Assembly (NCBI GenBank): GCA_965243135.1 | Contig: OZ251539.1 | Coordinates: forward strand, 1,856,001-1,920,000 | DNA length: 64,000 nucleotides | Direction: 5' to 3' | Origin: Alphaproteobacteria bacterium | Lineage (GTDB): Bacteria; Pseudomonadota; Alphaproteobacteria; MPNO01; UBA830 | Shown here: piece by piece, positions 11,925-22,307 of the stretch | Layout of the letters: every line of letters starts with the position of its first letter | Position numbering within the stretch: position 1 is the stretch's first letter | Program-made: the position numbers and the translations under genes | The notes under the pieces: model-generated | The model's input: the letters and a program-made list of their open reading frames with translations, nothing else | Database searches by the model: none | Told to the model about the DNA's origin: nothing

Positions 11925-12442
11925 TGGGCGGCTCTCCCGCCGACGAGCGCCTTCAGATCCTCGACGAGCATGAGCAGGAGGACGACGCAAGTGACGACGC
12001 TGAGAAAACTGATGGCATAGGCGGCCGGCGCCACAGGCCACTCCAGATACCCGGATTCGATCCTAGCCTCGGCCAGCCCCTTTCCCTGACTCCACATCCG
12101 TTCGGCGATGAAGGCGACCACGACCAGCGAACCAGCATCGACGACGAGCCGCCGAATGCCGCCGGCCGCGCCGCGAAACCATCTGTCGAGAATGCTGACG
12201 ACGATGTGCGTGCGCCGTCGGGTGATGATCGGAAGGCCCGCGAAGATCGACAGCGGCATCAGGAATTCGATCAGTTCGAATCCGCCGGGGATCGGGGCGC
12301 TGAAGCCGTAACGCCCGACCACGTCGACAAAGGTGATCGCCATCATGAGAAAGATCGTCACGCCGACGATCGTCATGAGGCATGCCTCGAACCGGCCGTC
12401 GGGCCGGACGTCGGCGCTCGACCCGTCTCCTTCGGACGGCAT
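11921..12442 (-). CDS. TRAP transporter small permease (DctQ family)
   Basis: Four TM segments, DVVGRYGFSAPIPG; start position uncertain. Confidence 0.85.
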   Translation of the reverse strand: MPSEGDGSSADVRPDGRFEACLMTIVGVTIFLMMAITFVDVVGRYGFSAPIPGGFELIEFLMPLSIFAGLPIITRRRTHIVVSILDRWFRGAAGGIRRLVVDAGSLVVVAFIAERMWSQGKGLAEARIESGYLEWPVAPAAYAISFLSVVTCVVLLLMLVEDLKALVGGRAAQ

Positions 12443-12450
12443 GGAAGGCG

Positions 12451-13470
12451 CTATTTCCCGCGGGCGATGCGCTTCGCCTCCTCGCGGTAAAAGGCCAGCG
12501 CGGCCTTGCCGTCGACGCCCGCCTTGTTCGCCCTTTCGATCCACTCGGCGTCCTGGTAGGCCCACAATTTCTTCAGGTCGGCGGCGAAACCGGCGCTCGC
12601 TTCCATGATGCCGATGCCGCGCTTGCGGTAGAGTTCTTCGGCTTCCGTGTCCACGTCGCCCCAGTTCTTCGAGTCGGCGGCGATCTTCTCTCCCGACGAG
12701 GCGAGCACGGCCGCCTTGTCCGCCTTCGAAAGGCGGTCCCATACCTTCTGGTTCATGTAGAGCGAGAAAACGGACCCGTAGACCTTGCCCGGCACCTTGG
12801 TGAGGTGCTTGACGTAGGGCATCATCTTCAGTTTCCAGACATCGCCGATCGGAAACACCATGCCGTCGACGATCCCCTTGGAGACCACGTCGAACGCCTT
12901 GACGCCCGGCGTCGGCACCACGGCCGCGCCGGTCTTGCTCAGCGCCTTGGCGACGTCGCCCGGAGGCACCCGCATCTTCATCTTCGCGAGATCGGCGACG
13001 GAAGCGATCGGGCCCTTGAGGCTGAAGAACTCGCCGCCGCCGTGCATGATGAAACCAAGCAGCTTCACGCCCTTGTACTGATTCTTCGATTCGAAGAATT
13101 TCTTGTGGGTTCGCCACAGGGCGACCGCGGTCGATCCGGCGTCGGTAATGCTGAAGGGCAGCGTGCCGATTTGATCCAGGGTCAGGCGGTTGCGTTCGAA
13201 ATTGTTGAACATGACGGTCGCGTCCGCGATGCCGGACGTGACCATCTTCCACTGGCGGGGCGCCGGGGCCAGCGTTTTCGCCGGATAGCTCACCTTGATC
13301 CGGCCCTCGCTTTCCTTGGCCACGCGGGCCGACCAGTGATCGATGATGCCGATTTTCAGCGGATGCTTCGGCGGCACGAAATAGTTGAACAGGATTTTGG
13401 TTTCGGCATGCGCAGGCGCGGCCGCAAGAATGCAGGCGGCGCCGACGGCGATTCCGACAGTCTTCATCAT
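12451..13470 (-). CDS. TRAP substrate-binding protein (DctP family)
   Basis: Signal peptide ending AHA-E; DLAKMKMRV; upstream of dctQM. Confidence 0.9.
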   Translation of the reverse strand: MMKTVGIAVGAACILAAAPAHAETKILFNYFVPPKHPLKIGIIDHWSARVAKESEGRIKVSYPAKTLAPAPRQWKMVTSGIADATVMFNNFERNRLTLDQIGTLPFSITDAGSTAVALWRTHKKFFESKNQYKGVKLLGFIMHGGGEFFSLKGPIASVADLAKMKMRVPPGDVAKALSKTGAAVVPTPGVKAFDVVSKGIVDGMVFPIGDVWKLKMMPYVKHLTKVPGKVYGSVFSLYMNQKVWDRLSKADKAAVLASSGEKIAADSKNWGDVDTEAEELYRKRGIGIMEASAGFAADLKKLWAYQDAEWIERANKAGVDGKAALAFYREEAKRIARGK

Positions 13471-14119
13471 CTCTTTCCTCCCAACGGCAACGTTCCGTCG
13501 GCATCCGTCGCCGACGCGCGCGCCGAAGATTATAGCCCAATCGCCGACTGCCGCCAAAACCGCTTCCCGGCGAGGCATGCGCTGCGCCGTTTTCCGCCGG
13601 CTCGCCGTCCGGCGGCGGGTCCGCACGGGCGCCCGGAGAACGAAAGGCATGGTTGCCGCGACGGCGCGCCGCAAACCCGGAGCGACACGGCCTGAACGCG
13701 GACGGCCGGTTGCAAGGGCGGCAACGTCCGGCCGACCTTGGGGCGGAATCCTGGAAAACGGCGGTCGCGGCGCAGAGAATTCGCCGTTTTCCGCACCCGG
13801 GCAGAAGAAATTCCGTACCCTTGAAAGCCAGGCGTCACGAACGGCGCACGCGGCTCAAGCGCTGGCGTTCCCGGCGTTGGAGCCCGTGCCTCGTCAAGCG
13901 TTCGCGACGAGCCCGGCCTGCTTGTCCGCCAGGCTTCGGCGAGCGAGTTCGCCCGCCGACGACGCGAGAGCGGCTTCGCGAAGTTCGGGAGGCGTTGCGC
14001 CGAACGTTCGCCTCGAAGTTGCGAGGCGCGTTCGAAAAGAGGGCTTTCCAGGAGACGCCGACGGCTCGAAAGCAGGGAACCGGCGACGCGCCGGAAGGGA
14101 ACGCCTCGAAAAATCCGGT

Positions 14120-14623
14120 TCAGTGCAAGGCGAAGGAACCCCGGCCCCGGGCGATGCCGGCGTATTCGGGACGCAACTCGAAATCGAAGCCGACCGACCG
14201 CATTTTCGACGCAAGCGCCTGCGCCAGCGGCAATGCGGCCCGGCGAACGTCGTTCGCGAACCAGGCCGCGAGCCGGGCGGCGGCGAGATGTCCGCGACCC
14301 TGCTGTACGCAGGCGACGACTGCCAGCAGATCGATTTCGGCGTTGCAGACGCCGCCGCAGGCCGGTCGGCGGAGGGCCAGAGGCCGCTTGGCTGCGGTCG
14401 CCGCGAGGGTCAACAGCGCATGGAGGTCGATCAGCGCCGCCGACAGGCCGGCCTCGGCGAACGCGTTGACCAACGCCGGCGTGGGGCAGACGCCCTTGCA
14501 TGCGCCGTCCGCCCACTCTCGCGCCGCGAAAACCAGAAACCGTTCGGAAGCGGTGAGTTCCATGACCGACATCAGGTCGCCGGGATGCGGCAACGCATCG
14601 GCTCTCATGGGCCGAAATTCCAT
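14120..14623 (-). CDS. Hypothetical protein with Cys motifs (CKGVC, CGGVC), probably iron-regulated
   Basis: Protein-like composition; AAGGAG RBS before ATG; Fur-like box upstream. Confidence 0.65.
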   Translation of the reverse strand: MEFRPMRADALPHPGDLMSVMELTASERFLVFAAREWADGACKGVCPTPALVNAFAEAGLSAALIDLHALLTLAATAAKRPLALRRPACGGVCNAEIDLLAVVACVQQGRGHLAAARLAAWFANDVRRAALPLAQALASKMRSVGFDFELRPEYAGIARGRGSFALH

Positions 14624-14642
14624 CTTGCGCTCCTTACTTGCA

Positions 14643-14661
14643 AATGCGAATTAGTCGCATA
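14643..14661. promoter_or_regulatory. Alphaproteobacterial Fur-type box
   Basis: AATGCGAATTAGTCGCATA = TGCGA-N5-TCGCA palindrome in an AT-rich patch 20 bp upstream of the 14623 start. Confidence 0.6.
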
Positions 14662-15078
14662 TTGATGCCGAATCAATGCGAATGCAAGTCATTCTTAACT
14701 AATGCCGCCGCCCGCATGGAGCGCCCCGGCGACCGGAGGTTCCCCTTCTCCGCGCATTCCGCCGACGCCCCGCGAACTTCGGGCGGCCGCGCCAGGGAGT
14801 CCCGCGAAAAACCCGTTCCGAAACGGCGACGGAAAACGAAAGGCCGGAAGGCGGCGCGCGCGGAAAACTTCCCGTCGGCGTCGCGGAGAAAAGCCGGAAC
14901 GCCCCGGCCGACCGCCTTGCCCGGCGGCCGCGTCCGCCGCGGGGGAGGCGAGACGCCCCCGGCTGCGGGCCGCAGAAGGTTCGCGGCCGCGAGACCGGGC
15001 CGACGAAGAACGGACGTCTATCGGGAACCGCTCCAGGCCGAATCGCCGGCCTGCAGCCGGCTCGGCCTCTCGCGCCGC

Positions 15079-16083
15079 TTAACTGGCGACGAATTTCTCG
15101 GCGTGAACGCGGGCGGAATCCACGCCGAAACCGTCCAACGCCGCTTCCGCCGCCTCGATCATCGGCGGCGGACCGCAGAGATATACTTCGCAATCGCCGG
15201 AATTCAGGATTTCCGGACGCAAAAGACCGGTGACGTGCCCTGTCTCGCCGTCCCAGCCGTCGGAAGGATCGACGACGCAAAACTCGGTTTCAAGGTCGAG
15301 TCCCGTCTCCCGATACCGGCGAAGCCGGTCGAGCGCGAACATCTCTTCTCGGATGTTGACGCCGTAAAGCAATCTGACGGGATGGCCGCAGCCTTCCGCC
15401 GCCAGCGCGTCCAGCATGGCGAGCATCGGCGCCAGTCCGGTTCCGCCCGCCACCATCACGATCGGCCGGGTCGCGGGCCGGAGGTAGAACCGCCCGAACG
15501 GACCGGTCATCACGATCTCGTCTCCGGGCGCGGCGCGCTCCGATATATAGTCGCTCATCGCGCCCCGCTCGAGCACCTTGACGTAGAACGTCGCGCGGCC
15601 GTCGACGGGATTCGCGAAGGAATAGGAACGTTTCCGGTCGGTGCCGGGAACGGACAGATGAACGTACTGCCCGGGGATGAAGGACATCGGGGAATCCGCG
15701 TCGATCGCCAGTCTGGCCACCGCCGACGCCACGGTTTCCACCGCCGCGACCCGGCCGGTTCGGCTGTCGGGGGCCGTTTTCAGCGCCATCCGGGAAGCGT
15801 AGGGATATTCGATCACGCAATCGGACAGGACGTGCATCCGGCAGGTGAGCACCTCCCTGCGGTCGCGCTCGGTTTCGGTCAGCGCTTCGCCGGAATATTC
15901 CTCGAGGCGGTATTCTCCCGAAGTGCAGAGGCCCTTGCAAGTCGCGCAGGCGCCTTCGAGGCAGTCCGTCAGAATGCGCACCCGATTCTTGAGCGCCGAC
16001 AGGTAGATGGTGTCGTCCTCGTCCGCGGAGAATTTCGCGACCCGCCCGTCCTCGAAGACGAGCGTCACCTGATGGACGGCCAT
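15079..16083 (-). CDS. Ring-hydroxylating dioxygenase reductase (2Fe-2S + FAD/NAD, BenC/AntC-like)
   Basis: CLEGACATC...C, RSYS, AGGTGLAP, YLCGPPPM, EKF. Confidence 0.92.
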   Translation of the reverse strand: MAVHQVTLVFEDGRVAKFSADEDDTIYLSALKNRVRILTDCLEGACATCKGLCTSGEYRLEEYSGEALTETERDRREVLTCRMHVLSDCVIEYPYASRMALKTAPDSRTGRVAAVETVASAVARLAIDADSPMSFIPGQYVHLSVPGTDRKRSYSFANPVDGRATFYVKVLERGAMSDYISERAAPGDEIVMTGPFGRFYLRPATRPIVMVAGGTGLAPMLAMLDALAAEGCGHPVRLLYGVNIREEMFALDRLRRYRETGLDLETEFCVVDPSDGWDGETGHVTGLLRPEILNSGDCEVYLCGPPPMIEAAEAALDGFGVDSARVHAEKFVAS

Positions 16084-16086
16084 CCC

Positions 16087-17118
16087 CTACGCGCCCGGGA
16101 TCAGAAGGGGCTTGACCGCTTCGCCGCGCCGGATCAGGTCGAAGCCTTCGGTCGCTTCCGACAGGGGCAGGACGTGGCTGCGGACGGGACCGAGATCCAC
16201 GGCGTCGATCAACTCGGCGGCCCGCTGCCAGGTGTCCCATATGCGGCGCCCGTGAATGTTGATCATGCGCGGGCATTTCAGCAGCCACCAGGTGAAATCG
16301 ACCGGTATCGCCGCCGGCGGCGCGCCGACCAGACGAAAATCCCCGCCCTTGCACAGGCTGTCGAAGACCGTTCCGAAGCCTGCTTCCGATCCGGAAAACT
16401 CGATGCCGACATCCGCCCCTTCGCCGCCGGTCACGTCGCGAACCGCTTCCGCAACGTCTTCCCCGCCGGCGTCGACCGTCCTGTCGGCGCCCATGATTCC
16501 CGCGGCCTTCAGGCGCAGGGGATTGAGGTCGGCGGCGATCACCCGCCGCGCGCCGAGGGTCCGCGCGACCGCCGCCGCCATAAGCCCGATGGGGCCGCAG
16601 CCGTTCACAAGCACGTTCTGCCCGGCGACGCCGGAGCCTTCGAGGCAGGCATGGACGGCGATCCCGAAAGGTTCGAGCATTGCGGCCGTCTCGTCCGGCA
16701 GATCCGGCGGGTTGCGCCATGCGATCCTTGCCGGCACCGTCGCGTATTCGGCGAAAACGCCGTCGATGTCGATGCCCGGATACGTCGTCGCGTTGCATAG
16801 ATGCGCGCGACCGAGGCGGCAGGGCCTGCAGGTTCCGCAATAGATGTGGCTTTCGAGGCTGACGCGGTCGCCGGGAGCGATGCCGGCGACGCCTTCCCCT
16901 ATCTGGTCGACGACGCCGCTGGCTTCATGGCCGAGGATTCGCGGCAGCTTCATCCTGCGCGCCATCCGCGGCGCCCAGTTGTAGATCTGCATGTCCGTCC
17001 CGCAAATGCCGGCCGCCCCGACCTTGAGCCGGATTTCGCCCGGACCCGCGTCGCGCGGCTCCCGTCGCCGCAGCGCGATGCCGTTTTCTCCGGCTTCGAT
17101 CTTGCAGAGGGCGAGCAT
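16087..17118 (-). CDS. Zn-dependent medium-chain dehydrogenase (threonine dehydrogenase-like)
   Basis: GICGTD, GHE, CGTCRPC...C, GCGPIG. Confidence 0.9.
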   Translation of the reverse strand: MLALCKIEAGENGIALRRREPRDAGPGEIRLKVGAAGICGTDMQIYNWAPRMARRMKLPRILGHEASGVVDQIGEGVAGIAPGDRVSLESHIYCGTCRPCRLGRAHLCNATTYPGIDIDGVFAEYATVPARIAWRNPPDLPDETAAMLEPFGIAVHACLEGSGVAGQNVLVNGCGPIGLMAAAVARTLGARRVIAADLNPLRLKAAGIMGADRTVDAGGEDVAEAVRDVTGGEGADVGIEFSGSEAGFGTVFDSLCKGGDFRLVGAPPAAIPVDFTWWLLKCPRMINIHGRRIWDTWQRAAELIDAVDLGPVRSHVLPLSEATEGFDLIRRGEAVKPLLIPGA

Positions 17119-17606
17119 CACAGGTGATAGATGTCGATCGGCCCTTCGAGCCGGTCGTCGATGAAGGTGATCTTCTTTCGCGAGATCCTGAGTTCGCCGT
17201 TCACGCGCCGCAGCGCGTAGTCGTACAGGCTGCCGCGCGTCAGGCTGCCTTTCTTGCCGTAGGAATGAACCAGGCAATTCGCCGTGGCCTCGATCGCGTC
17301 GCCGCCGGCGTCGTTCACCAGAACGTTGCCCACGAGATGAACGGTGCGATCGAGAGGCACCGAAGCGTAGGAATCGCGGGACTCGATCCGGAACACGCGA
17401 TCCTCGAGGCCGCCGCGGTTGCGCAGATAAATCAGGTTGAGCTGGAGTTCCGGGTCGTCGGTGGTCTCCTCCTCGCTGGCCCAGGACGGCACCCAGTAGA
17501 CGGCGTCTTCCGTGTAGAGGTCGATCCAGTCGTACCACTCGCGACGGTCCAGCAGCGTCGCTTCCCGGTAGATCAGGTTGGCCACCTCGGTCTGCAAGTC
17601 GGTCAT
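17118..17606 (-). CDS. Ring-hydroxylating dioxygenase beta subunit
   Basis: LIYREATLLD, YWVP, LEDRVFRI, RTVHLVGNV. Confidence 0.92.
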   Translation of the reverse strand: MTDLQTEVANLIYREATLLDRREWYDWIDLYTEDAVYWVPSWASEEETTDDPELQLNLIYLRNRGGLEDRVFRIESRDSYASVPLDRTVHLVGNVLVNDAGGDAIEATANCLVHSYGKKGSLTRGSLYDYALRRVNGELRISRKKITFIDDRLEGPIDIYHL

Positions 17607-18916
17607 GCGCGACGCTCCCCGCTCATGAGCCGAAGCCACTGCCGATAGAAGCCGTGATAAATGATCTCGTGATCCCAGTTGCCGCTGCATGCCGCCGGCT
17701 CGAAGCCGAGAGCGCGCGCGTCTTCGTCCGCTCCGTGAACGATCTGGTCGATTCCCCGATGGAACTCCGTCCAGTCCGCGACCAGAGATCCTTCGTGAAC
17801 GTCCTCCAGCGCCGCGATGTCGTCCGACGTCGCCATGCCCGCCGTCAGATAGAAATCTTCGAATTTCCGCAACCTCCCGGCCCGCGCCGCGTCGCTCTCG
17901 CCCTTCGGCGCGATGCAGTACACGCTCACGTCCACGCGGTCCGCCGACAGAGGCTTCATGATCCGTATCTGCGTAGACGGATTGTCCATCAGCATGACGT
18001 TGGGAAACAAATAAAGGTTCCGGCCCCTGTTGAGGATCCAGTCGACCTGCGCCGGCGTCAGTTCCCGCTCCAGCCGATCCTTCGCCTCCCATACCGGCCG
18101 CACTTCCGGCGTCGTGTGCTGCGCCCATATCGCCATGTGCCCGTTGCCGAGGTCGTAGCCCGCGGACGGCACGCGGGCTCCCATCCGCCCGGCCTCGGTC
18201 TTTCGCATGCCGGTGTATTCGCCCTTGCTCTCGCGGGCCGCGATGGTGTTGGCGAACACGCGATGAACGGTGGAAACGTGGTAGCCGTCGACCGCGTTCT
18301 CGGCCTGCAATTTCCAGTTGCCGTCGATCGCGTAGGTGGAACTGCCCGGCACGACCTCGAGTCCGTCCGCCGACTGAACGGTCATCAGATCGATCCACGG
18401 CGCCGCCGGCCCCAGCCAGTCTTCAAGCGGCTGCGCGTTCGCGTCGAGGCTGCCGAATACGAATCCCCGATAACTCTCCAGCCGCGCAATCTCGCGGAGA
18501 TCGTATTTCGAGCGGTCGGCCCCCTCTTCCGCGTTCTTGATCGCCCGGCACGCGCCGTCCGCGCCGTAGGTCCAGCCGTGGAAGCGGCACGTGATGGATC
18601 GGGCGTTGCCCCGCCGGAAAGGCGTGAGAATCGCGGCCCGATGCGAGCAGGCGTTGACGAAGCATTTCAGCGAACCGTCCTCCTGACGGTTGACGAAGAC
18701 CGGCTGACGGCCGATCTCGGTCCAGCAATAGTCGCCGTGTTCCGGTATCTGACTCTCGTGACAGAGGAACGTCCAGCATCGCTCGAATATCCTCTCCATC
18801 TCGAGTTCGAATATCCGCCGGTCGGTATAGGCCGCCCGGCGCACCCGGAACACGCCTTGCTCGACCCGGTCGTCGACAAGGGCGCGCAGGCCGTCCGTAG
18901 CGAATCCGCCATCCAT
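17603..18916 (-). CDS. Rieske dioxygenase alpha subunit 2 (benzoate/anthranilate family)
   Basis: CSH...CRFHGW Rieske motif; ENAVDGYHVSTVH; GMATSDD. Confidence 0.93.
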   Translation of the reverse strand: MDGGFATDGLRALVDDRVEQGVFRVRRAAYTDRRIFELEMERIFERCWTFLCHESQIPEHGDYCWTEIGRQPVFVNRQEDGSLKCFVNACSHRAAILTPFRRGNARSITCRFHGWTYGADGACRAIKNAEEGADRSKYDLREIARLESYRGFVFGSLDANAQPLEDWLGPAAPWIDLMTVQSADGLEVVPGSSTYAIDGNWKLQAENAVDGYHVSTVHRVFANTIAARESKGEYTGMRKTEAGRMGARVPSAGYDLGNGHMAIWAQHTTPEVRPVWEAKDRLERELTPAQVDWILNRGRNLYLFPNVMLMDNPSTQIRIMKPLSADRVDVSVYCIAPKGESDAARAGRLRKFEDFYLTAGMATSDDIAALEDVHEGSLVADWTEFHRGIDQIVHGADEDARALGFEPAACSGNWDHEIIYHGFYRQWLRLMSGERRA

Positions 18917-18927
18917 TTCGCCGCTCC

Positions 18928-20229
18928 TCAGGTCCGTTCGACGTGTTTTCGCCACGTCCGGTAGAAGCTGTAGTACAGCGTTTCGTGGTCCCAGCTCGAA
19001 TTGCTGGTCTCGGGCGCGAAGCCTCCTTCCGCGGCGACGTCGTCCGGTCCGTTCGTCATCGTGGGAAGCCCGCGGTGAAAATCGCCCCATTTCGCCAGGC
19101 GTCCGCGGCTTCCCTCGTGCGCCGCCTCCAGCGCCGAGACGTCGTCGGACGTCGCCATGCCGCTGGCCATGAAGAAGTCCTCGAACTTGCGCAGCCGCGC
19201 GTAACGCGCTTCCCGACTCTCTTCCGACGGCGCGAGACAGTAGATCGTCACCTCCGTGCGGTCGACGGCGACGGGCCGGAAAATCCGTATCTGGGTCGCG
19301 GCGAAATCGTTGATCATGAGGGACGGGAACACGATCAGATTGCGTCCCCGGCGCAGCATCCAGTTCACCTTGCCCCCGGAATGGTCGCGTTCCAACCTCT
19401 TCTCCGCCTCCGACAGGGGCGAGGTTTCCACGGGTTCGCGGTCCGCCCAGATGACCATGTGTCCGCCGCCGAGATCGTAACAGCCGTTGCGCACCTTTCG
19501 GGCGAGCCGTCCGACTTCGGTCTTCATCATGCCGGAATAACCTTCCCGCGCTTCCCGCCGGCGAACCGTATTCGCGAAAACGCGGTGAACGGTGCTGGTG
19601 TGGTAACCGTCGACGGCATTCTCGACCGACATCTTCCAGTTCCCGCCGACCACGTAGGTCTGCGAACCGGGCAGCACTTCCATGCCCTGCGCCGACTGGT
19701 CCGCGACGAAGTCGATGAAGGCGCGGGACTCGCCCAGAAACTCTCCAAGCGGCGGCGCCTCCGGAGAAAGGCTGCCGAACACGAAACCCCTGTAGCTGTC
19801 GACCGCGCCGATTCGCCGAAGGTTGTAGACGCCGCGATCGAAGCCCTCGCCGTAACCGCCCGCTTCATCCTTGATGCGAATGCAGGTTCCTTCGCAGTTA
19901 TAGGTCCAGCCGTGGAAACGGCAGGTTATGGTCCGGGCGTTGCCCTGTCGCAACGGGGTCAGGATCGCGCCGCGATGCGAACAGACGTTGAAAAAGCAGG
20001 CGAGGCCGCCGTTCTCGCGGCGCTGAACGAAAACCGGTTGCCTCCCGACGCGGGTCGCGAAGTAATCCCCGGGTTCCTTCACCTGGCTCTCGTGACACAG
20101 ATACTGCCATGTCCCTTCGAAAATGGACTCCATCTCGGCTTCGAAGATTTCTTCGTCGAGATAGATGCCGCGATCGACCCGGAAGGCATTCTCTCCGACC
20201 CGATCGTCGAGCCGATCACTCACGAACAC
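18928..20229 (-). CDS. Rieske dioxygenase alpha subunit 1 (benzoate/anthranilate family)
   Basis: CSH...CRFHGW; ENAVDGYHTSTVH; GMATSDD. Confidence 0.93.
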   Translation of the reverse strand: MFVSDRLDDRVGENAFRVDRGIYLDEEIFEAEMESIFEGTWQYLCHESQVKEPGDYFATRVGRQPVFVQRRENGGLACFFNVCSHRGAILTPLRQGNARTITCRFHGWTYNCEGTCIRIKDEAGGYGEGFDRGVYNLRRIGAVDSYRGFVFGSLSPEAPPLGEFLGESRAFIDFVADQSAQGMEVLPGSQTYVVGGNWKMSVENAVDGYHTSTVHRVFANTVRRREAREGYSGMMKTEVGRLARKVRNGCYDLGGGHMVIWADREPVETSPLSEAEKRLERDHSGGKVNWMLRRGRNLIVFPSLMINDFAATQIRIFRPVAVDRTEVTIYCLAPSEESREARYARLRKFEDFFMASGMATSDDVSALEAAHEGSRGRLAKWGDFHRGLPTMTNGPDDVAAEGGFAPETSNSSWDHETLYYSFYRTWRKHVERT

Positions 20230-20357
20230 CCGCGGCGCCTCCTCTCTTGTCGCGGCCGACGCGAAGCCCGCCGCCGACGGAGGATATCCGGCCTTGCGCG
20301 AGTGTCAAACGGCCTCGCCCGGCCAGCGCCGTTCCGGCTCCGGCGGCGAAGCGGCGA

Positions 20358-21569
20358 TCAAACGGTATGGCGCCCGGGTCCGAACTCCTGCATGATCTTG
20401 TTCCGGGCGATGCGCACGCGCCGCATCGATGGCGGCGTGTTGCGAGAGCGGCCGACGAAACGCGGCGCGCCGTCGGTGAACGCCGCGGGAATCGCGGGAT
20501 AATCCCCATGCTTGATGGCGTCGAGCGCAGCCGTCTTGCTGCCGCCGAGCGGCGCGTCGACGAGTATCACGTCCGCCGCCTTGCCCGGTTTCAGAAAACC
20601 GGTGTCGAGCTTGTAAACGGCAGCGTTGTTGCCGGTCGCGGCCGCGACGATCATCTCCGCAGGGTACTTCGTAAGGCACGAAAGTTCGCAGACCGTCTTG
20701 ATCATGCCGAGCGGCATGACGCCGGTTCCTGTCGGCGTGTCCGTCGCGAGGATCAGCCGGTCGTATGCGCCGGCGTCCACCGCAAGTCCGAGGCACATCA
20801 AGGACGTCCGGATGTTCCCGGCCTGACAGAGCTGAAGCGCGATGTCGCTCTCGTTGACGATGCGCGGGAAATCCTCGTCCGGCATCGCCACCGGCCCTCC
20901 GTTGACGTGGAAGGAAACGTCCGGCTTCATGTCGAGCAAGTGGTCTCCGGTGATCGGCGACGAATCCGGTATCGAGGCGCCGCCGGTGTGCACGTTCACG
21001 ATCATGCCGGCCTTCTGCGCCATCCGCACGTAGGGCGTGTATTCGAAGGGCGATTCGAATTTCCCGAATCCGGCCTTGGCGAGCCAGACGCCCTGCCGCG
21101 CGGCCGCGTCGAAATGCCCCTGCTCGAGACCGGGTTCGATGATGATCGCGCCCGCGTGCACGTGCATTCCGCCCGGCGAATAGTTGTCGAAGCTCTTCTT
21201 GGCGGCGACCGCGAGGGCGACCACTCCGTCGGGGTCGCTCGGCCGCCCGGGCACGTGCACCTCGCTCGCCGAAATCGACGTCGTCACGCCGCCGTGAAGA
21301 TAGCTTTCGAGGAACCCGATGGTTCTCTGCCGCGGCGTATAGTCGGCGAACGCCACATGAACCTGCGAATCGATCAGACCCGGCATCGCGGTCGTCCCGT
21401 CCGCATCGAGAACGAAATCGCACGAGTCGATTTCCGCGGCCGAGAGCGTGCCGATCTTCGAGATGCGGCCGCGCTCCATCAGGATGGAATCGCCCTGCCC
21501 CAAGGGATCCCGCCAGTCGCCGGTGACCAAGCACCCGATGTTGACGATCGCAGTCTTCATTCGCGCCAC
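20358..21569 (-). CDS. Enamidase-like amidohydrolase
   Basis: DYTPRQ...HGGVTT...HVPGRP, HTGGAS, HVNGGP, ATDTPTG resemble enamidase. Confidence 0.82.
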   Translation of the reverse strand: MARMKTAIVNIGCLVTGDWRDPLGQGDSILMERGRISKIGTLSAAEIDSCDFVLDADGTTAMPGLIDSQVHVAFADYTPRQRTIGFLESYLHGGVTTSISASEVHVPGRPSDPDGVVALAVAAKKSFDNYSPGGMHVHAGAIIIEPGLEQGHFDAAARQGVWLAKAGFGKFESPFEYTPYVRMAQKAGMIVNVHTGGASIPDSSPITGDHLLDMKPDVSFHVNGGPVAMPDEDFPRIVNESDIALQLCQAGNIRTSLMCLGLAVDAGAYDRLILATDTPTGTGVMPLGMIKTVCELSCLTKYPAEMIVAAATGNNAAVYKLDTGFLKPGKAADVILVDAPLGGSKTAALDAIKHGDYPAIPAAFTDGAPRFVGRSRNTPPSMRRVRIARNKIMQEFGPGRHTV

Positions 21570-22145
21570 CTATCTCAACCCGTCCTCGCCGACGATGTCT
21601 TCCTTGCGCGGTCCCCCGATCCGATGGTTCAGCCGTCCGCGATTGGCGAAGCAGCAGACGATGCAAATTTCGTCGGGCAACGGCGCGTCGGGCACCATGA
21701 TCGTCATTCCGTCGTAATGCGAGCGCACGAACAGCGCGTCCTTGTGAGCGAGCGGAACGTCGAGCGTCTCGCCGGGCGCGGCGCGCTTGGTGAACGACGA
21801 TATCCAGGCCTTGCCGCCGCCCGCCGCGGCCCGGAGAGCGTCGCCGTAAACGGTCGTAAGGCACGCGACCCCGTGTTCCTGCTCGCCGGCCATCCCGACC
21901 AGCGCGGCCTTGCCGTAGGAGTCCACCGCATAGGGTTTCATCCGTTCGACGCCCATTGCCGCGATCCTTTCGCCGAGAGCGCCGCTGGCGTCGATCAGGC
22001 CGCTCAAATCGCCGACATAGCCCCTGCCCGCGTACGGATTGGCGACGACGGCGACGACCGCGACCTTCCGCAACGGTTCGTCGGACGTCCGGCCCATTTC
22101 GGAAAACGTTTCCTCGATGACGGTGTACAGGCGCCTCGTTTCCAT
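21570..22145 (-). CDS. DUF1185 / amino acid synthesis family protein
   Basis: NPYAG, SYGKAALVG, GEQEHG, DVPLAHKD, RSHYD, DAPLPDEI. Confidence 0.88.
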   Translation of the reverse strand: METRRLYTVIEETFSEMGRTSDEPLRKVAVVAVVANPYAGRGYVGDLSGLIDASGALGERIAAMGVERMKPYAVDSYGKAALVGMAGEQEHGVACLTTVYGDALRAAAGGGKAWISSFTKRAAPGETLDVPLAHKDALFVRSHYDGMTIMVPDAPLPDEICIVCCFANRGRLNHRIGGPRKEDIVGEDGLR

Positions 22146-22307
22146 CCAGGCCGTTCTCCCCGCAACATGTCCGCGGCGTCGTCCGACGGGCGGCGCGCCT
22201 CGACCCGACAATAGCGGCTGGCGGCGAAGGCGCAAACCGTTCTCGACAACTGTTGTCGCGGACGGCGTTGGCTGGCAGGATCCGCCGCGGACGAAAAGGA
22301 ATGCGAG

